Shown here one piece after another: positions 1 through 9,700 of a stretch of DNA of 64,000 nucleotides. The DNA comes from Actinomycetota bacterium (GTDB taxonomy: Bacteria > Actinomycetota > Coriobacteriia > Anaerosomatales > SLCP01), in assembly GCA_037446725.1 (NCBI GenBank), contig JBBIIC010000006.1:424-64423 (forward strand). The letters run 5' to 3'. How positions within the stretch are numbered: the first letter of the stretch is position 1; every line of letters begins with the position of its first letter. The notes beneath the pieces were generated by a model, which made no database searches, was not told the DNA's origin, and saw only the letters and a program-made list of their open reading frames with translations. The position numbers were made by a program, and so were the translations under genes.

Positions 1-558
1 GAGCACGTCAAGGACCTTGCCGACCACGAAGTTGACCTGATCATCCAGGGTTTCCGGGTGGTGGTAGAACGCCGGCATCGCAGGCACGATTACCGCGCCC
101 GCCTCCGCAAGCGTGGTGAGATTGCGCAGATGGATGAGGGAAAGCGGGGTCTCCCGCGGAACGAGGACGAGGGGCCGCCGCTCCTTGAGGGCCACGTCGG
201 CAGCCCGTTCGGGCAGGTCCGACGCGAGCCCGGCCGCAACACTCGCACAGAAGCCCATCGATGCCGGAATGACGACCATCGCGTCGGTGGGGTGTGAGCC
301 CGAAGCGAGCGGGTCGAAGAGATCGCCGTGACAGGCGACCCTCAGCGGAGCATCCAGCGGGAGCTCGAGATAGCGAAGCAGAGCGCGTGCCGTCTCCTCG
401 GTGGGAAGATCGATCTCGAGCTCGTAGGACAGCACATCGCCCCCGGCAGGCGTTGTGATCAGAGAGACCTCGTGGCCGGCGGCGAGTAGGCGCTCGATGA
501 GGCGCATCCCGTAGACGCTGCCTGACGCTCCGGTGATGACGACGGCGTAGCGGCTCAT
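1..558 (-). CDS. ubiX: Flavin prenyltransferase UbiX (gene 3' end runs off the left edge)
   Basis: My own minus-strand translation from the ATG at 558-556 reads MSRYAVVITGASGSVYGMRLIERLL ... PAFYHHPETLDDQVNFVVGKVLDVL. The frame is open to base 1. It is absent from the ORF track because it is truncated. Confidence 0.85.
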   Translation of the reverse strand, partial: MSRYAVVITGASGSVYGMRLIERLLAAGHEVSLITTPAGGDVLSYELEIDLPTEETARALLRYLELPLDAPLRVACHGDLFDPLASGSHPTDAMVVIPASMGFCASVAAGLASDLPERAADVALKERRPLVLVPRETPLSLIHLRNLTTLAEAGAVIVPAMPAFYHHPETLDDQVNFVVGKVLDVL

Positions 559-576
559 CGGTCCCCTCTTCTTAGT

Positions 577-1446
577 CTAGGCCGACAGCCGGTCGGCCAA
601 AGCGCCTGCAAAGACCACCATAGCGATGACTCCGTTGACCGTGAAGAAGGCAGCATTCACGCGCGAGAGGTCCCTCGCGCTGACGATGGCGTTCTCGTAG
701 GCCAGCAACGCGGCCGCCATGGCGACCCCGACGAACCACGGCCACCCCGCGCCCGCCAGCCAGCCCCCGGCGGCGAGCAGCGCGACCGTGAGCGCGTGCG
801 CGACGCGAGTCTGGACGAGCGCCGCGGCGATGCCCAGGTCTGCCGGCATCGAGTGCACTCCGTCGCGCGCGTCACACTCGACGTCCTGGGTTGCATAGAT
901 GATGTCGAAACCCGCGGTCCACAGGGTGACGGCGAGTCCGAGGACCCACGGCGCAGGATCGGCGATCGGGCCGCCGACGGCCACCCACCCGCCCACCGGC
1001 GCCAGACCGAGACACAGTCCGAGCCAGTAGTGACACAGTGGCGTGAACCGCTTCGTGTACGGGTAGATGACGAACGCAGCGAGCGGGATCGGCCAGAGCA
1101 CTCTGGTGATCGGGGCGAGCTGCCAGACACCGTACAGGTACGCTCCAAGCATCACGGCGGAGAAGAGCCAGAGCTCCCACGCTTTCACGAGCCCTGCAGG
1201 GATGGCGCGGCCGGCCGTCCGCGGATTGCGAGCGTCGATCTCCTTGTCGACCGCCCGGTTGACAACGAACGCGAACGCCCGGGCACCGACCATGACAACG
1301 GTGATCCAGAGCAGATCGGCGAGCGAGGGCCACCCCTCCCCGACACCGTACAACGCCCCGATGTAGGCGTACGGCAGCGCGAATATGCTGTGCTCGAACT
1401 TGACGAGCTCGAGGAAGACACGGGCCTTCTCGGCGGCCTTACCCAA
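577..1446 (-). CDS. UbiA-family aromatic polyprenyltransferase (UbiA/MqnP-like)
   Basis: 289-aa multi-TM protein starting ...LELVKFEHSIFALPYAYIGAL, with Asp-rich NRAVDKEIDARNPRT and DIIYATQDVECD motifs typical of the UbiA superfamily. It overlaps ubiD by 8 nt. Confidence 0.85.
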   Translation of the reverse strand: MGKAAEKARVFLELVKFEHSIFALPYAYIGALYGVGEGWPSLADLLWITVVMVGARAFAFVVNRAVDKEIDARNPRTAGRAIPAGLVKAWELWLFSAVMLGAYLYGVWQLAPITRVLWPIPLAAFVIYPYTKRFTPLCHYWLGLCLGLAPVGGWVAVGGPIADPAPWVLGLAVTLWTAGFDIIYATQDVECDARDGVHSMPADLGIAAALVQTRVAHALTVALLAAGGWLAGAGWPWFVGVAMAAALLAYENAIVSARDLSRVNAAFFTVNGVIAMVVFAGALADRLSA

Positions 1447-2932
1447 GTCCGAGCTCGCCCCACATCGCGTCGACCCGGGCCTTCACTGCCGCATCCATCT
1501 CGAGCGCATCCGGCCACTCACGCTCATGGCCCTCGTTCGCAATCGGCCGGGTCGCGTCGATACCCATCTTGAAGCCGAAGCTCTCGTAGTTGCTCGTATG
1601 GTCGAGGCGGTCGAGCGGGCCCTTGCTGATGAGGATGTCCCTGCTCGGATCGACGTTGTTGAAACAACGCCACGCCACCTGTGAGTAGTCGTGGCAGTCG
1701 ACGTCCTCGTCGACGACGATCACGTACTTCGTGAACATCATCTGCCCCATCGACCATGCGAAGTTCATGACCCGGAACGCCTGGCCGGCGAACTCCTTCT
1801 TGATCTGGAAGATCGCGCAGTTGTGGAAGACGCCTTCGAGCGGCAGGTCGTAGTCGATGACCTCGGGGAGCATGGCGCGGATGACCGGCAGGAAGATGCG
1901 CTCGGTCGCCTTGGCCATGTAGCAGTCCTCCATCGGCGGGCGGCCGACGATGGTGGTCGGGTAGATGGCGTCGCTGCGCATGGTGATCGCCTCGACGTGG
2001 AAGACCGGGAAGTCGCCGGCGAGCGAGTAGTAGCCCGTGTGGTCGCCGAACGGTCCCTCCCACCGCATCTCGGACGGGTCGCACCAGCCCTCCAGCACGA
2101 TCTCGGCATGTGCGGGGACGAGCAGGTCGTTGGTGAGGCACTTGACGACCTCGACCGGCTCGCCGCGCAGGATGCCCGAGAATAGGTACTCGTCGATCAT
2201 CGGAGGCACGGGTGCGGTGGCCGAGAAGATGGTGACCGGATCGCCGCCGAGCGCCACGCTCACCGGCACGCGGGAGAGGCCCGCTTCCTGCCAGGCCCGC
2301 AGGTTCTTCGCCCCGTCATGGTGTTCGTGGATGTGAAGGCCGGTCGTGTTGCGGTCGTAGACCTGCAGGCGGTACATGCCGACGTTGGGCCGCCCCTTCA
2401 GGTTGCTCGTGACCACAAGTGGTAGGGTGATGAACGGGCCGCCGTCCTCGGGCCAGGTCGTCAGCACCGGGAACTTCGTGAGATCGACCTCGTCGCCGCG
2501 CAGCACGACCTGTTGTACCGGCGCTTTGCCCTGTTTGACCTCCTTGGCACCCGCTGTTGCGAGGTCTTTGAGCCCCATCAGCACGTCCAGTTTGCCCTTC
2601 ATGCTCGCAGGCATGTCGAGCGGCAGGAGCTCCATGAGCTCCTCGGCCTTGATGTCCAAATCGCGCCACGTGCCCGTCTCCGCATCGGCCCCGAGTGCCC
2701 ACGCCATGCGGTCGTAGCTGCCCATGAGGTTGATCGCGACCGGCATCGCGTAGCGCTCGCCCGTCTCGCGGTTCACCGGGTTCTCGAAGAGCAAACCCGG
2801 GCCGACCCGCTTGCTCACGCGGTCGGTGATCTCGCCGATCTCCAGCTTCGGGTCCACTTCGGCAGAGACCCGGGCCAGCTGGCCCTTCTCTTCGAGCAGT
2901 GCGATGAACTCACGCAGGTCCTTGATCGCCAT
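1439..2932 (-). CDS. ubiD: UbiD-family (prenyl-FMN dependent) decarboxylase
   Basis: 497 aa with an N-terminus MAIKDLREFIALLEEKGQLARVSAEVDPKLEIGEI that is typical of UbiD. It sits next to ubiX and the ubiA-like gene. Confidence 0.9.
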   Translation of the reverse strand: MAIKDLREFIALLEEKGQLARVSAEVDPKLEIGEITDRVSKRVGPGLLFENPVNRETGERYAMPVAINLMGSYDRMAWALGADAETGTWRDLDIKAEELMELLPLDMPASMKGKLDVLMGLKDLATAGAKEVKQGKAPVQQVVLRGDEVDLTKFPVLTTWPEDGGPFITLPLVVTSNLKGRPNVGMYRLQVYDRNTTGLHIHEHHDGAKNLRAWQEAGLSRVPVSVALGGDPVTIFSATAPVPPMIDEYLFSGILRGEPVEVVKCLTNDLLVPAHAEIVLEGWCDPSEMRWEGPFGDHTGYYSLAGDFPVFHVEAITMRSDAIYPTTIVGRPPMEDCYMAKATERIFLPVIRAMLPEVIDYDLPLEGVFHNCAIFQIKKEFAGQAFRVMNFAWSMGQMMFTKYVIVVDEDVDCHDYSQVAWRCFNNVDPSRDILISKGPLDRLDHTSNYESFGFKMGIDATRPIANEGHEREWPDALEMDAAVKARVDAMWGELGLG

Positions 2933-2938
2933 CGTGGC

Positions 2939-4621
2939 CTACTCCTCGGCAGTCCGGGTACGGGTCTTCGGATGATACCGGCCGACCAGGTACGTCGCCA
3001 GCGGCGCGAGAAGCGCAACTGCACCGACGGCCGTCATCTGGGTAAGGTCGAGGTCGTACTTGAAGCCCCAGCGCAAGTCTGGCAGACGCCACTCCACTGC
3101 AGCGCCCCATGCCCATAGGAACCAGGCCACCTGCAAGGCGAGCGTGGCGAGTATCGCGAACACAGTCGCGGGACCGAGCGCAAGCCAGCCGGCAAGGTAT
3201 CCCGGTTCCCGCGGCCCCTTCGGGCGTTCCCGCAGGAAAGGATAGACGACCGCCGCCGCCACAACTCCGAGCAGGGCCGCGACGGCGGCTTCGGCCATGC
3301 GCAGGTAGAAGAACTGCTGGACGTAGGTCTCGGTGTTGAACGCCGAGAGCGACCACCGGTAGCCGTGCACGACGAAGTACAGGCCGTTGTAGACAGCGTA
3401 GTAGACCACGACGCCGAGAAGCGCGGCTGCCGCGGCCCTCCAGGAGAGTGCGACGAGGGCGGCCAGAGCGACGAGGGCGGCCGCGGCGAGAGCGAGTGCG
3501 GCCGGCAGACGTGAGGCGCGGTCCTCGTCGAGACGGGTGCTGCGCGCTTCGGCGAGCACGGCCTCGACCTCGCCGACACTCCGGGCCGATCGCGCGGGCT
3601 CCGGATCCTGCCCGAGCGCCGTGAGGTACCGCTCCGCGAAGTCCTGTGCGTGCTCGAAACCGTCACCTACCTCGCCCAGCAGGAGCTCCTCACGCACGCG
3701 CCCTTCGGCATGTGCGGGGATCGGTATCCCCAGGAACGCAGCGACGGTGGGCGCGATGTCCGTCTGCGATATCGGTGCCCGCTCCAGCATCGCCGCCTGC
3801 CCCACGAACAGTGCCGGGACCCTCGTCGCGACGGGTTCGGGGCCTCCGTGGCCACCCTGATCGATGTGGCCGTGATCCGCAGCGATGACGAACAGTGTCC
3901 GGTCGTCCTGCAACGCCTTCACCAGCCGGAGTATCTCGGCGTCGACGCGACGCGCCATCTCGACGTACGCATCCGAGGCACCTCCCGAGGCGTGACCCGC
4001 CTCGTCGATATCGGGCAGGTGCACAACGAGCAGGGACGGCGAGGCGGTCTGCGCCAGCCCGATGGCCGCGTCCACGTACTCCGCCGACATGTACTCCTTG
4101 GTCCAGGGGCGCAGGTACGACCCCTGGGCTCGACCTGCGTCGTAGAGTTCCCCAAAGTCCTCGGGCGCGCTGACCGCTACGCTGCGTCCTGACGCGAGTG
4201 CGCTGTCGATGAGCGTCTCTACCGGCACGGGGCCCTCGAACCAGTTCGTCGTAACTCCCGAGACGTCCGGTGTCGCTCCCGAGAGGATCGTCGTCCACGT
4301 GGGATAGGACAGCGAGGGTTGCGGTGTCACGGCGACCATGTCGGCGCCGTACTGCCGGAGCGTCTGGTAGCCGGGCATCTGGTCGGTGACGTCGAGCCTC
4401 AGGCCGTCGACGATTACGACCACCGCTCGTGGAGCATCCTCCGAAGTGGCCGGGGCATCAGCGGGCGCCCCGGCCCACGGGCGGTCGTAGTCGCCGAACG
4501 GCGTGCGGTACTCGACGACCTGGTTCCAGGAGTAGCCCGCGAGAAGGTACGCCCCGTACGCGGCGCCGAGGCAGATCACGAAGGCCACGGCAGCCGCGAT
4601 CCACAGCGAGGTGCGCTTCAT
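2939..4621 (-). CDS. Membrane-bound alkaline-phosphatase-superfamily enzyme (nucleotide pyrophosphatase/phosphodiesterase-like)
   Basis: Motifs VVVIVDGLRLD, PSLSYPTWTTILSG, HLPDIDEAGH and ADHGHIDQGGHGG. There is an N-terminal TM and about 6 C-terminal TM helices. The start was moved to the ATG at 4621 (MKRTSLW), which has a GGAGG RBS and removes the overlap with the HAD gene. Confidence 0.75.
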   Translation of the reverse strand: MKRTSLWIAAAVAFVICLGAAYGAYLLAGYSWNQVVEYRTPFGDYDRPWAGAPADAPATSEDAPRAVVVIVDGLRLDVTDQMPGYQTLRQYGADMVAVTPQPSLSYPTWTTILSGATPDVSGVTTNWFEGPVPVETLIDSALASGRSVAVSAPEDFGELYDAGRAQGSYLRPWTKEYMSAEYVDAAIGLAQTASPSLLVVHLPDIDEAGHASGGASDAYVEMARRVDAEILRLVKALQDDRTLFVIAADHGHIDQGGHGGPEPVATRVPALFVGQAAMLERAPISQTDIAPTVAAFLGIPIPAHAEGRVREELLLGEVGDGFEHAQDFAERYLTALGQDPEPARSARSVGEVEAVLAEARSTRLDEDRASRLPAALALAAAALVALAALVALSWRAAAAALLGVVVYYAVYNGLYFVVHGYRWSLSAFNTETYVQQFFYLRMAEAAVAALLGVVAAAVVYPFLRERPKGPREPGYLAGWLALGPATVFAILATLALQVAWFLWAWGAAVEWRLPDLRWGFKYDLDLTQMTAVGAVALLAPLATYLVGRYHPKTRTRTAEE

Positions 4622-4634
4622 ACCCTGACCTCCT

Positions 4635-5336
4635 TCAGGCCGTCTTCCAGCCGAGGAACGACTCAAGCGCGTCGAGCGTCTCGATCGCCCGGCCGAGGGG
4701 CGCGGTTCCGTGACGGTCGATGAGCACCGGCGTCATGCCGACCGCCGACGCCCCGAGCACGTCGGCATAGTGGTGATCGCCGACATGGACCGCCTCGCGC
4801 GGCTCGACATCAACCCTGTCGCATGCCAGCTCGAAGATCCGCGGGTCGGGCTTGTGGAGGCCGACGTCGGCTGAGGAGACGATCGTGTCGAGCAGCTCGG
4901 CTACCCCCAGGCCCTGCAGAAGAGCGGACAGCCGTGCATCCCAGTTGGAGATCACGCCCACCCGGTACCCTGCCTCCTTGAGCCTCATGAGTGCGGGAAT
5001 GACGTCATCGTACGCGCGCCACCGGTCCGCACGCCCGAACTCGTCGTAGACACGGCGCGCGAGGTGCTCGGCGTCCTCCTCCAGACCCAGCCTGCGGGCA
5101 AGCAGGGAGTACATGCCGACCCATACGCTGCTCGTCTCGCCCTCGTCCGTCCAGAAGGTGTCGTCCTCGCGGTAGCGGTCTTCGTAGTACGCGTCCACGA
5201 GCGGCATGAGCGAGTCGATCGCATCCAGGTCGCGGACGTGGCCTGCCTCGGCGAGGACCTGGCGGCAGACCTCGGACACGCTCGGATACGGATAGAGAAG
5301 CGTGTTCCCCACATCGAAGAAGACCGCGCGTGCCAT
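4635..5336 (-). CDS. HAD-superfamily hydrolase
   Basis: FFDVGNTLL (DxD-type motif I variant), VISNWD and HVGDHHYADV motifs. Confidence 0.8.
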   Translation of the reverse strand: MARAVFFDVGNTLLYPYPSVSEVCRQVLAEAGHVRDLDAIDSLMPLVDAYYEDRYREDDTFWTDEGETSSVWVGMYSLLARRLGLEEDAEHLARRVYDEFGRADRWRAYDDVIPALMRLKEAGYRVGVISNWDARLSALLQGLGVAELLDTIVSSADVGLHKPDPRIFELACDRVDVEPREAVHVGDHHYADVLGASAVGMTPVLIDRHGTAPLGRAIETLDALESFLGWKTA

Positions 5337-5339
5337 CGG

Positions 5340-5909
5340 TCAGTCGAGGAAGACGGCGATGTCGGTCTGGTGTGCAGGAGGTTCAGGCTGCGCCTCGTGC
5401 GGATAGCCGACAGCGACGATCGCGACAACCTGCCGGTCCTCCGGGATGCCGAGCGTCTTGGCGAGCTCATCGCGCACGTAGAACGAGAATGTTATGTTGC
5501 AGGCTCCGAGGCCCTGGGCGGTGGCGGCCAGCAGGATGTTCTCGATCGCAGCACCGATGGATAGATGCGTGTTGAGCCGGCGGAAGTCATCTTCGTTCAC
5601 CGGCATCGTGCAGACTATGACCACCGGGGCGTTGCCGAGCTCGGAGTACCACTCGACGGCCTGCGCGTGAAGCTCGGGACCCATCACCTCGATGAACTCC
5701 TCGAGGTGCGTCGTGCCCTGAGCCATCGTCTCGCCCACACGCCTGCGCGTCTCCCCTGCCGTGACGTAGAAACGCCACGGCTGCTCGTTCATCGCAGATG
5801 GGGCGAGCGAGGCCGCCCTGATGATGCGCTCCAGCATCTCCAGCGGAACGGGGTCGGAGAGAAACGAGCGTACCGAGTGGCGCCTCTCGAGCGCCTCGAA
5901 CACGTCCAT
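5340..5909 (-). CDS. Nitroreductase-family oxidoreductase
   Basis: MDVFEALERRHSVRSF... is a typical nitroreductase N-terminus. The start is set at the ATG at 5909, preceded by a GGAGTGAGG RBS. Confidence 0.8.
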   Translation of the reverse strand: MDVFEALERRHSVRSFLSDPVPLEMLERIIRAASLAPSAMNEQPWRFYVTAGETRRRVGETMAQGTTHLEEFIEVMGPELHAQAVEWYSELGNAPVVIVCTMPVNEDDFRRLNTHLSIGAAIENILLAATAQGLGACNITFSFYVRDELAKTLGIPEDRQVVAIVAVGYPHEAQPEPPAHQTDIAVFLD

Positions 5910-5999
5910 CTGACGCACCTCACTCCGTTCCCACGTCGGCCCGAGTCCGCTCCACATCATTCTAGGCGTTCGGCCGCCGACCGGAAACTCGGAGGACTT

Positions 6000-6785
6000 C
6001 TAGCGCGACACGCTGACGGATCGGTGCTTCACGAGGGTGACCTCGGTACCCCCGCCCTCCAGCGGACAGAAGCTCACCTGGTCCATGAGAGCGCGCATGA
6101 ACATCACTCCGCGCCCTCCGACCGCATACAGGTCGTCGCTACACGCATGATCGCCGTCAAAGCCGCTGCCTGAGTCGGTCACCCTGACGGCGACCCTGTC
6201 CGAGTACGCCGTTACGTTCACCTGAATGCCCGTGTCAGCGTCGCTCGGCGATCCGTGCCTGATGGCGTTGGCGAGAGCCTCCCCCACGGCCACCTTGATG
6301 TCGAACAGCGCCGAATCGGCAAAATCGAGGTCACCGACCATCCGGTACACCTCGTCCCTGACCGAGGCGAGTTCGCGCACATCAGCCGCCATGTGAAGCG
6401 AGCGGGACCACTCGACCACCGACCCCGTACCGACCACGTCGAAGCAGGCTACCGCGCTCTCCACGTCGGCACCCTCAGCTACGCAGCCCGCCACGCTCAG
6501 GAGGCCCGAGAGCTCGAAGATGCGCGAGACATCGGCGTTGGCGCCGGCCAGTATCGCCTTGCCCTCACGGGTCTGGAGACGATGGTCGAGCCAGACGAGC
6601 AGCCCGAGAGCGGAGCTGTCCGCATACGTGACGTCTGCGAGATCGAGCACGATGTTCTCGCATCCGGTCTCGATGACCTGGTCGAGCGCGTCGCGGAGGT
6701 CCGGCACAACGGCAACGTCGATGTCGCCCGCAATGTGCACGACGCATGCGCGCTGTTCCTCGCGTCGCTCTATGTCCAGATCCAT
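6000..6785 (-). CDS. Fused anti-sigma-factor antagonist (STAS) and RsbW/SpoIIAB-type serine kinase (HATPase_c)
   Basis: The N-terminal half carries DLADVTYADSSALGLLVWL (STAS with a phosphorylatable DSS). The C-terminal half has an N-box (GEALANAIRHG), G1 (DSGSGFD) and G2 (GGRGVMFMRAL). The start is ATG 6785 (MDLDIERRE), 13 nt after the upstream stop. Confidence 0.8.
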   Translation of the reverse strand: MDLDIERREEQRACVVHIAGDIDVAVVPDLRDALDQVIETGCENIVLDLADVTYADSSALGLLVWLDHRLQTREGKAILAGANADVSRIFELSGLLSVAGCVAEGADVESAVACFDVVGTGSVVEWSRSLHMAADVRELASVRDEVYRMVGDLDFADSALFDIKVAVGEALANAIRHGSPSDADTGIQVNVTAYSDRVAVRVTDSGSGFDGDHACSDDLYAVGGRGVMFMRALMDQVSFCPLEGGGTEVTLVKHRSVSVSR

Positions 6786-6798
6786 CGGTGCAGTCCAA

Positions 6799-9700
6799 TC
6801 ATCTGTCGTCAGCCGGCGGTGCCGCGGACCGCACGATCTCGACTGCGAGCACGGCGGCATCGTCACGTATCGCACCGGGTACGAAACGGTCGAGGGTCGA
6901 AAGGAGACGTTGCGTCACATCACCGGCGTTCTTTCCCTGGCGCAACACGCGCTGCACGCGGCCCTCACCGAAGAATGTATTCCCACGTCGGGCCTCGGTC
7001 ACTCCGTCGGTGTAGAGGAGGATCAGATCACCGACATCGACGGCAACGGTCTCGAGGTCATAGTGTGCGAGCGCCGTGGCACCGAGGAGCGGACCGGTGG
7101 GCGGGAATCGCACGATCGATCCGTCCTCGTGTCGCCTCATGAGCGCCGGCGGATGGCCTCCGTTCGCGTAGGACAGCGTCCCGGCCGTGACGTCGAGGCA
7201 TCCGACCCACAGGGTGACGATGTCGCTCGTCTCCCCCGTCTCGGCCACCATCCGGTTGACCTCCGAGACGATCTGGGCCGGGCCGAGCCCCGCGGCGGCA
7301 AGTCCCCTGACCGTGTACTTGATCCTCGACGTCTTGGTCGCCGCCACCACGCCCTTCCCGCAGACGTCCCCCATGACCATCAGGATGCTGCCGTCGGGAG
7401 TCCTGAGCACGTCGTAGTAGTCGCCGCCGATATCGGCCTCGACCCCCGCGGGGAGGTACACGCTGCTCGACTCGATCTCGGGGAAGTCCGGCAGCGTCTT
7501 GGGCAGGATCGACGCCTGCAGCACCGAGGCCACCAGATGCTCCTTGCCATACATCTTCGCGGTGTCTATGGCGAGCGCCGCCTGGAAGGCGAAGGTGTGC
7601 AGCAGGCCGAGGTCCTCGTCGGAGAACGCGTCTCGTTCGGTCGAGAAGACTGTGAGGACCCCGATGCTTCGGCCGCGCGCGAGCAGCGGGACCGCCAGCA
7701 TCGAGTGAAGTCCCTGCTCAGTGGCGAGCGCACCGACACCGCCCCGGTCGGCATCAATCTCGGCGACCCGAAGCGGCTGACCGCTCGCGAACACCTCGCC
7801 CGGCAAATCGACGTCCGGTTCGACCGCGAAGTGCAGCATCTCGGAGGAGACCATGCCGCGTGCCATCTCCGTCGAAATCGTTCCCGACTCGGTGTCGTGC
7901 GTCATGAGTGAGACCGCATCGGCGGCGAAGATCTTCTGGACCACGTCGAGTACGCGGTTCAGCACGACCTTCGTCTGCAGCGACGAGCTCACAGCCTGAC
8001 TGATCCGGAAGATGGTCTCGAGATTGACCGCGCGCGTGCGGGCACGCTCGAAGTTGAGCGCGCTCTCCAGCGCGAGGGAGAGCTGACTCGCCAGCGCCGC
8101 CGCGAGTCGATGCTCCCGGGCCGTGAAACGGCGATCGCCAGCCCTCAGGAATGCGAGGGCCGCACACGGCTCCTCGTCGATGGTTACCACCGCAAGCAGC
8201 GCACACCGCGCTGAGACCCCGTCGAGCATGCGACGAGCGGCGTCACCGGACGTCGTCTCCACGACCGTCGTGGACTCGTCCGCGTGACCGCTCTCACACC
8301 ATGCGGCGATGATCGCGTCCTCTTGTGCGGCCCGCGGCGTGGAGGGTAGGCCGAATGCCGCGCGGTCGAAGACCGCCACAGTTGCGGCGGCCGCTCCGAG
8401 CAGCACGGCGGTGGCCTCCTCAACGCGTTCGAGTGCGACATCGAGCTGCTGTGGCTGCGAAAGCTGCTCCGCGACGGCTCTGAGCACCTCGGCCTCGGCG
8501 CGCGAGCGTGACTCAATCTCAAAGAGACGCGAGTTGTGGACCGCGACCGCAGCCTGAGCTGAGAACGTGCGGACCATCTCCAGTTCGGCCTCGCTGAACG
8601 TCCGCGAACCGTCCTCGATGACGACCACGACACCCAGCGGTTCGGTCCCGACAGCCAGAGGCGCGGTCAGCACCGTGACGGTGGGGCCCCACTCGCCCGG
8701 AACGTGCGGCGCTATCTCGAGTCCGGGTGCGACCCGCACCACGGGGTCGTCAGCGCGCAGAGCGTTGATCAGCCACGAGTCGTCCTCGAGCGGAACCCCT
8801 TTCGAACCCTCGGCCACCAGATCCCGCGCCCGTGCGAGCGAGAGCATGCCCGACTGCTCGTCGACGAGGAAGACCGCCACCGTCGCCGAGCCGACAATAT
8901 GCCCCATCGCCGACATGATGCCGTCGAGCACCTGGTCGAGCCTGGAGGAGGACGCGAGCAGCTGCGACAGGTCGTGGAGCGCGTTGAGGCGCAGCGCGAT
9001 GGCGTTGAAGGCCGCTGCCAATCGCCCCACCTCGTCGGTCCGGTCGCTCTGAAGGGGGCGCACATAGGCCCCGGTCACCGCCTCGCGAGCACGCTCCTCG
9101 AGGTGCGTGAGGGGCGCGACGAGACGCCGGGCGAACACCGCAACCACGAGCAACGTGATCACCCCGGCCGCGACCAGAGCCACGACCGCGGGGGTCAGCG
9201 AGCCCACGGTGGCCATGATGATCGCCGAGCGCGGCTCGACGATGATGCTGCGCCACGGCAGGCCGGGATAGCCCCGAATATCGGCGTACTGACCCCATAC
9301 GACCGCCTCGTCCTGGGCCACCGCCGACACGGTACCGTTGCCCGCTACCTCACCGGACGGCTCATATACGATGCTGTCTTCCACGAGTTGAGAAGCGCCT
9401 ACGCTCGTTATCACGACAGGGCCACCGCGCTCCACCAGAAGCACCCAGCGGCCGATTTCGGGGTCCGCGAACCGATCGACAGCCGGCCGCAGGAAGCCCG
9501 AACGTACCCGCACCATCATCACGAGCCCCAGTTCGCCTTCGACTGCCTGGGCGACCCACAGCCGGGCGTCCACTCCCCCCTCGACCCGTTCGTAGTAGTA
9601 GGTCGGAGAGTCCGTCGTCGCCTCCGAGACGAGCGGGTTGTCCGCTACGCTGCGCGGCGTGCGAAACGTCGGATAGCCGCTCACGACGCTCCCGTCACGT

